The translations under genes were made by a program, and so were the position numbers. Positions 37,291 to 43,557 of a stretch of 43,557 nt of DNA are shown here, one piece after another (the first letter of the stretch is position 1; each line of letters begins with the position of its first letter). Below the pieces are notes generated by a model. The model searched no databases. It worked only from the letters and a program-made list of their open reading frames with translations, and was not told the DNA's origin. Source of the stretch: Octopus bimaculoides (lineage: Eukaryota); contig NC_068986.1 in NCBI RefSeq assembly GCF_001194135.2, positions 41,509,402 through 41,552,958 on the forward strand, in the 5' to 3' direction.

Positions 37291-37756
37291 TTATTGAGTT
37301 TTTTTTTTTTCCTACCTAATGTACAAGAAATCACTTGACTGAGACAAATGTGAGGGACTATAGCAGACTTTGGATTCCATCTTCTGTCCAAACTAACAAA
37401 ACAAAATAACCCTTCTCAAACTCGATTGATTAAAAAAAAAAAAACAAACAAACGCAAACACAAAAAATTATTGGTAAGTGGAATGATTAAAATCAGATTA
37501 TTATATATACAGTTATTCTATAATCATATGAATATATATGTATATATAATATAATCTGTTACTATAAAATATAAATCCCTATTTTTACTATCGCCAGTAT
37601 TTTCTTTCTTCCACTAGTTTATTATTGTGATCAGAATAATATATTTAAGAATAATAATATATTTGTTTATGCTTTTCAATTATCGATCTTGTTGACAATC
37701 ACTCTACACACTTATTATGTACTAGCTTTCCCCTTTGTAAAGCTCACGATATTTAA

Positions 37757-37788
<32 letters not shown>

Positions 37789-38495
37789 ATCTTGTGTATA
37801 TAAACGATATATGTATAATTGAACCCTGTGTGTGTGTGTATATAATATATATGTATATATATATATATGTAATAATAATATTATAGATAAAATCCAAAAT
37901 TACAGGTAAAAACTCAATTAAAATCAATTGATTAAAAATTAAGATTAAATGAAGTTTCACAGTATAAAATATATTGGTTCTTTTCCCNNNNNNNNNNTAT
38001 ATACAGACACAGACAGGGTTTTTTGGGTTGCATGTGTTTTTTTTTTTAAACTACATATACTTATTTACTTGTTTTCACATAATTAACTTTAAAAATGTTT
38101 TTTGTACCCTTTTTCTTTATTTACCCTCCCGTCTGTTCAAACAATTTCTTTCTCTACTTTTCCTTTTGTTCAGTCTTCGTATTGATTTTTCCTTCTTCCT
38201 ATTCATTTTAATATTATAAACTAAACTAAGTTAGCCTTTATGTTGTAATATTAATGGACTCACCTCATTTATTTCATAAATCATGAACAAAATATGTAAA
38301 TTGTTAAAAGCATTTCTTTTTTTCGTAGTTGTGTGAACATACGCCTATGTATGTATATTTTTGTATATATGCAATGTGTGTATACATTTATATATAACGT
38401 GCATTTACATAAATGTATGTGTATATGTATCTATATGTACATGTAGATGAAGGTATGTACATACATGTACATATATATGCATATACTCATATATT

Positions 38496-38533
<38 letters not shown>

Positions 38534-39622
38534 CAAAGTGTACAGTTGGTTCCAAGACGACTATTTATATATAACACACATACAAACATTCGTTTATATA
38601 TTTATACATACATGCATATATCCTCTTAAGAGTCTTGCAATCAACTATCTCCTGTTAAAAAAAAATCAACAAAATATGCTCATTTCCAATATTCCAATGA
38701 CTAGAGAAAATAATTTTTGTTATTTGAAACTTTATTTGTTACATTATATTCATATAGATATAAACAGTTTTTGTATCCTGAATATGTTTGAGTACCTTTT
38801 CTCCAATATGTATTATCCATAATATATATTTTTACCTAATATATACACGTGTGTGTATATTGTTTATTTCTAATATGAAATTATTTATTTTGTTGTGCCC
38901 ATCCCCAGAAAGTTCGGCTTTATTGGGTCGATAGATGTTCCTTTTCGTACTTTCGAATCACAGCCATATTGACCGAAAAGCCTGTTGATTTGAAAGGTAT
39001 TGCGAGAACCTTTAATGATCAGTAACAATAAATGATTTCTTAGGCAAACGGTACCTATTGATTCGTAAAGCTGAGAGTATGTTAGAGGAAATTCTTTCAT
39101 TCATGCCACTCCCAACATTTGTGTCACGATATAATTCCAGAACTGATATGTTATTAGTTGTTATTTTGTCCTTAGTCCCAAATCAGCACCGTTTGAGCAA
39201 ACGTATATATTTATGATCGAGCTGTGCCAAGCCCATCTTTATTTCTTTTCTTTGTTGTTCAGCCCCTAGTACATTCCAGACTACATTTTCCATTGTGTTT
39301 TTTCTTGCAAGAGTGCAGATAGTATCGTGATTAGAGGGAGATATTTGTGCTATTTCTAGTCAGTCGAACTACCATGTACGTAACTCACACAGAAACAGAT
39401 AACAAGTGAAGCAAACAAAATCAGAAAGTGGCACGGTATTGATGTTGCCATATGAAAACTTCATTTCTTCTATAAACGAGGTGGTTACAAGGCTTCAGGT
39501 TTAAAGGAGAGAAGAGTAGAAAATCGGGATATATTGTGATTGATGTTCGTGCTTTTTATCTCCTTTCTTTCACGGAAACTGTTAAGTAGCATAGTTAAAT
39601 AAAAGCAAATTAGATCCTTATG

Positions 39623-39658
<36 letters not shown>

Positions 39659-40700
39659 NNNNNNNNNNNNNNNNNNNNNNNNNNNNNNNNNNNNNNNNNN
39701 NNNNNNNNNNNNNNNNNNNNNNNNNNNNNNNNNNNNNNNNNNNNNNNNNNNNNNNNNNNNNNNNNNNNNNNNNNNNNNNNNNNNNNNNNNNNNNNNNNNN
39801 NNNNNNNNNNNNNNNNNNNNNNNNNNNNNNNNNNNNNNNNNNNNNNNNNNNNNNNNNNNNNNNNNNNNNNNNNNNNNNNNNNNNNNNNNNNNNNNNNNNN
39901 NNNNNNNNNNNNNNNNNNNNNNNNNNNNNNNNNNNNNNNNNNNNNNNNNNNNNNNNNNNNNNNNNNNNNNNNNNNNNNNNNNNNNNNNNNNNNNNNNNNN
40001 NNNNNNNNNNNNNNNNNNNNNNNNNNNNNNNNNNNNNNNNNNNNNNNNNNNNNNNNNNNNNNNNNNNNNNNNNNNNNNNNNNNNNNNNNNNNNNNNNNNN
40101 NNNNNNNNNNNNNNNNNNNNNNNNNNNNNNNNNNNNNNNNNNNNNNNNNNNNNNNNNNNNNNNNNNNNNNNNNNNNNNNNNNNNNNNNNNNNNNNNNNNN
40201 NNNNNNNNNNNNNNNNNNNNNNNNNNNNNNNNNNNNNTATATATATATATATATATATATTAGTGTATGTGTCTGTTTATTTACATCTATGATACGTACG
40301 CGCGTTATTTGTAAACTGAAGTCACTATCTGATGATTCATCTCATTGTTTTCTACCTTGATATTGTACATTATCTCACGGGCGTACGTGTGTCTATTGTC
40401 TTTTCCAAAATACCTACAACGTGGCTAATTTTCATGTTGTTTACAGCGCAATGACTCAACTTAATGTTTTGATATGAAAGAGACATCTGAGATAATTTGT
40501 CTTTCCTCACTGTGTGCATATATTTGCTGTTTTAGTTAATAAATCCAATCAAGTCTGGGCAGGTTTAACATCAAACTTTCACAAAACATATGCATATTAC
40601 TTTGTTAGCAAACGAAGCCCAACCCAGACGTTGTTGCTTAATTTGTATATAGCTTTAGAAGTGTGGGTTTGCGTGTGTGTATAGTATATGTATATACATA

Positions 40701-40747
<47 letters not shown>

Positions 40748-42024
40748 NNNNNNNNNNNNNNNNNNNNNNNNNNNNNNNNNNNNNNNNNNNNNNNNNNNNN
40801 NNNNNNNNNNNNNNNNNNNNNNNNNNNNNNNNNNNNNNNNNNNNNNNNNNNNNNNNNNNNNNNNNNNNNNNNNNNNNNNNNNNNNNNNNNNNNNNNNNNN
40901 NNNNNNNNNNNNNNNNNNNNNNNNNNNNNNNNNNNNNNNNNNNNNNNNNNNNNNNNNNNNNNNNNNNNNNNNNNNNNNNNNNNNNNNNNNNNNNNNNNNN
41001 NNNNNNNNNNNNNNNNNNNNNNNNNNNNNNNNNNNNNNNNNNNNNNNNNNNNNNNNNNNNNNNNNNNNNNNNNNNNNNNNNNNNNNNNNNNNNNNNNNNN
41101 NNNNNNNNNNNNNNNNNNNNNNNNNNNNNNNNNNNNNNNNNNNNNNNNNNNNNNNNNNNNNNNNNNNNNNNNNNNNNNNNNNNNNNNNNNNNNNNNNNNN
41201 NNNNNNNNNNNNNNNNNNNNNNNNNNNNNNNNNNNNNNNNNNNNNNNNNNNNNNNNNNNNNNNNNNNNNNNNNNNNNNNNNNNNNNNNNNNNNNNNNNNN
41301 NNNNNNNNNNNNNNNNNNNNNNNNNNNNNNNNNNNNNNNNNNNNNNNNNNNNNNNNNNNNNNNNNNNNNNNNNNNNNNNNNNNNNNNNNNNNNNNNNNNN
41401 NNNNNNNNNNNNNNNNNNNNNNNNNNNNNNNNNNNNNNNNNNNNNNNNNNNNNNNNNNATATACATACATACACACACATATATGTGTGTGTAATTACAC
41501 ACGAACCCGCTTATTACAAGCACCTGTGGAGTGGAGTTTTCTTGATAACACTAACCGGCCAGTAACATTGAGCAAAAGATATAAAAACGTGAGCAATCTG
41601 TTTTTGAAATACACAGGTTTTATAATTACTTGCCTACATTTGTGTGTGTAAATGCGTATGTGTATATGTACACATATGAACTAATTCCGTTAGCCTCGTC
41701 GACCAACTTAATGGTACCAATACTTTAACATCCAGCACTAGCACATTCGCTTTCACCATTGTCATTCATCTGTCATTTTTCCATAGGTAGTGTGTCTGCT
41801 GTTTTGATCTTACTACTGCCTCCTTATTGATTATAGGTAATACATTAAGCCACGACAGTTGTAGCCTAAAAGAGAGCGATTAATGAAGAGTTTTATTTGA
41901 AAAGTTTTGGTAACAGTCGGAAGCTTTGATTTTAATAAGTGATTCATTTGAAATTAAGTATTTGGAACTGATAAATTTTGATCGCATACACACAAAATGC
42001 AACTACATATACTATGACATATAT

Positions 42025-42057
<33 letters not shown>

Positions 42058-42063
42058 TATATA

Positions 42064-42967
42064 TACTAGCTGACACACCTGGTGATTCCTGGGAAAGCGG
42101 GGCTTATCCTTTGGTTCCGTTCTCATAATTGTTACGCTAATCCAGTAGCAACAATACAAAGTATGTAGTCCTTAAAACGGTTTTTGTGCATATACATAGA
42201 ATATTGAACTGTCTTACATAGGATCTTGTTTTTAGGAATTCGCAATAAGTTATAAGTACCTAAATTGTGAAGTCAGTTATGTAATAACATGGAATTAGTT
42301 ACCCGATAGTAAGAATTGAAATAAATTAGCCCCGGAAAGGGCTTTAATATGTTCCCAGAGTATATAGAACCTAGGAAGAAATACTAATAAGGTATGTATA
42401 CTAAAATCATGAAGCATGTTATGTAATAACAGGCCAATCAGATATGAGATAATAACAATTCAAAGTAAATAACTATGAAAAATGTTTTTGTGTGTTCCCA
42501 GAGAATATTTCCCTCAGTGGCGCTAGTGTTGGTATATTCATGAATAAGTCACTAACTGAAATATTGTTTAGGGAAATACTATTTACTTGTTTAAGTGTTG
42601 TACTGGATAAATTGTGAAAATAAGTCTAACAGTTCAAATTCTAAGAAATAAGCATACTCAATTTGATTTATACCAAATAATTTATGAATGTGTTATTTCC
42701 CTTGGCTATATTAAGGATCCCTTCTAGGAGCTGATGGGTTATTTCCCTTGGTTTTTAAAATGAAATATATTAGATGTCTATAAGGATGCCTTCCAGGGGT
42801 CCTATTATCGATTTTTTCAACAATTTAAGTATGTCATGAAGTTTCCAGACGAGTTCTACTCATGTGTCAAGTTTCATAAAAATCGATAAAATGATGTAGT
42901 AGGAGTTAGTTAACAAACCCACAAACGAACACATCCACAGACAGAATTTTCCACATATGTAGTAGAT
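42064..42967 (+). mobile_element. Non-autonomous Helitron/Helentron-like element
   Basis: 5' end TACTAGCTGACACACC; 3' end AAGTTTCATAAAAATCG...GTAGGAGTTAG..ACAAAC...GTAGTAGAT, resembling Lep1/DINE-type elements (recalled similarity). Confidence 0.55.
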
Positions 42968-42970
42968 ATA

Positions 42971-43102
42971 ATTTAATAGACACAATACATGTTTTTATGT
43001 GCTACTAATAGTTTCATGTTTTGAGAGATAACTCAAGCTTATTCATCAGGTACAAACCCCGCTATTAGTAGCACATAAAAATATGTATTGCGTCTATTAA
43101 AT
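42971..43102. repeat. 41-bp inverted repeat enclosing a hammerhead-like 50-nt core
   Basis: Arms 42971-43011 and 43062-43102 (2 mismatches); the minus-strand core contains CTGATGA and GAAAC. Confidence 0.8.
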
Positions 43103-43170
43103 AATATTTATCTCTCACCAGATGGAGTATTTTTTTTGTTCTTACCATCACTGAACAGTACATTATATAT

Positions 43171-43500
43171 ATATTTGAAATCGGAAAAGAATGACTTCAT
43201 GGTAGTTCTAATTAATTTAATTTTCTAATAATATAATACAATTTAATTTCACTGTTTGGTTTGTAGATCTAGTAAGTTCTTTGTTAAATTCAGTGGGGAG
43301 ATTTTTTAAAGATTCCTTGTTAACTTTTCTGGAGAACTTTTTTGCGTTAACAAGGAATCTTTAAAAAATCTCCCTACTTAAGTTAACAAAGAACTTACTA
43401 GATCTTCAAACCAAACTGTAAAATTAAATTATATTATATTATTAGAAAATTAAATTAATTTGAACTACTAGTGAAGTCATTCTTTTCTTTTTTCAAATAT
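43171..43500. mobile_element. Foldback/MITE-like element, ~150-bp arms with ~21-nt loop
   Basis: GAAAAGAATGACTTCA...GATTCCTTGTTAAC / GTTAACAAGGAATC...TGAAGTCATTCTTTTC; outer ATATTTGAAA/TTTCAAATAT. Confidence 0.8.
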
Positions 43501-43557
43501 ACCTAACTGTACCAAAAATTTCATATATTTTTCTAATATGTATATATATATATATAT

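Noticed and set aside
38885-39100. 71-aa minus-strand ORF
   Set aside because: No recognisable family and no clear splice signals; cannot be supported.

Overview
AT-rich, microsatellite- and gap-rich animal genomic DNA. The SINE, RTE-LINE and Penelope content points to an octopus or other coleoid cephalopod (inference). Most of the window looks like one very long intron of a minus-strand gene. Best model: a promoter and short first exon at ~37.25 kb, an exon at 36036-36176 ending ATG TCG AAT CAA G|GTAAAG, a ~33.5-kb phase-1 intron, and a Pro/Tyr-rich exon at 2385-2501. This gives MSNQ-GNKSPYPLQYTYVPTAGVPTIPQPMPTYIPGSPYPTTYQ, tentatively DAZAP2-like. The intron holds decayed RTE LINEs, Penelope-like elements, Tc1/mariner (maT/DD37D-type) remnants, SINEs, foldback/MITE hairpins and an internal CpG-retaining promoter-like island at ~17.5-21 kb. 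Most notable unexplained structures: a direct-inverted-direct repeat that folds into a pre-miRNA/ADAR-like hairpin (32833-33049), a hammerhead-like junction capping a 41-bp stem (42971-43102), a foldback with a head-to-head telomeric palindrome (5950-6245) and candidate poison/alternative exons. No rRNA, tRNA or CRISPR array is supported. All calls are by eye, and TE boundaries are approximate.
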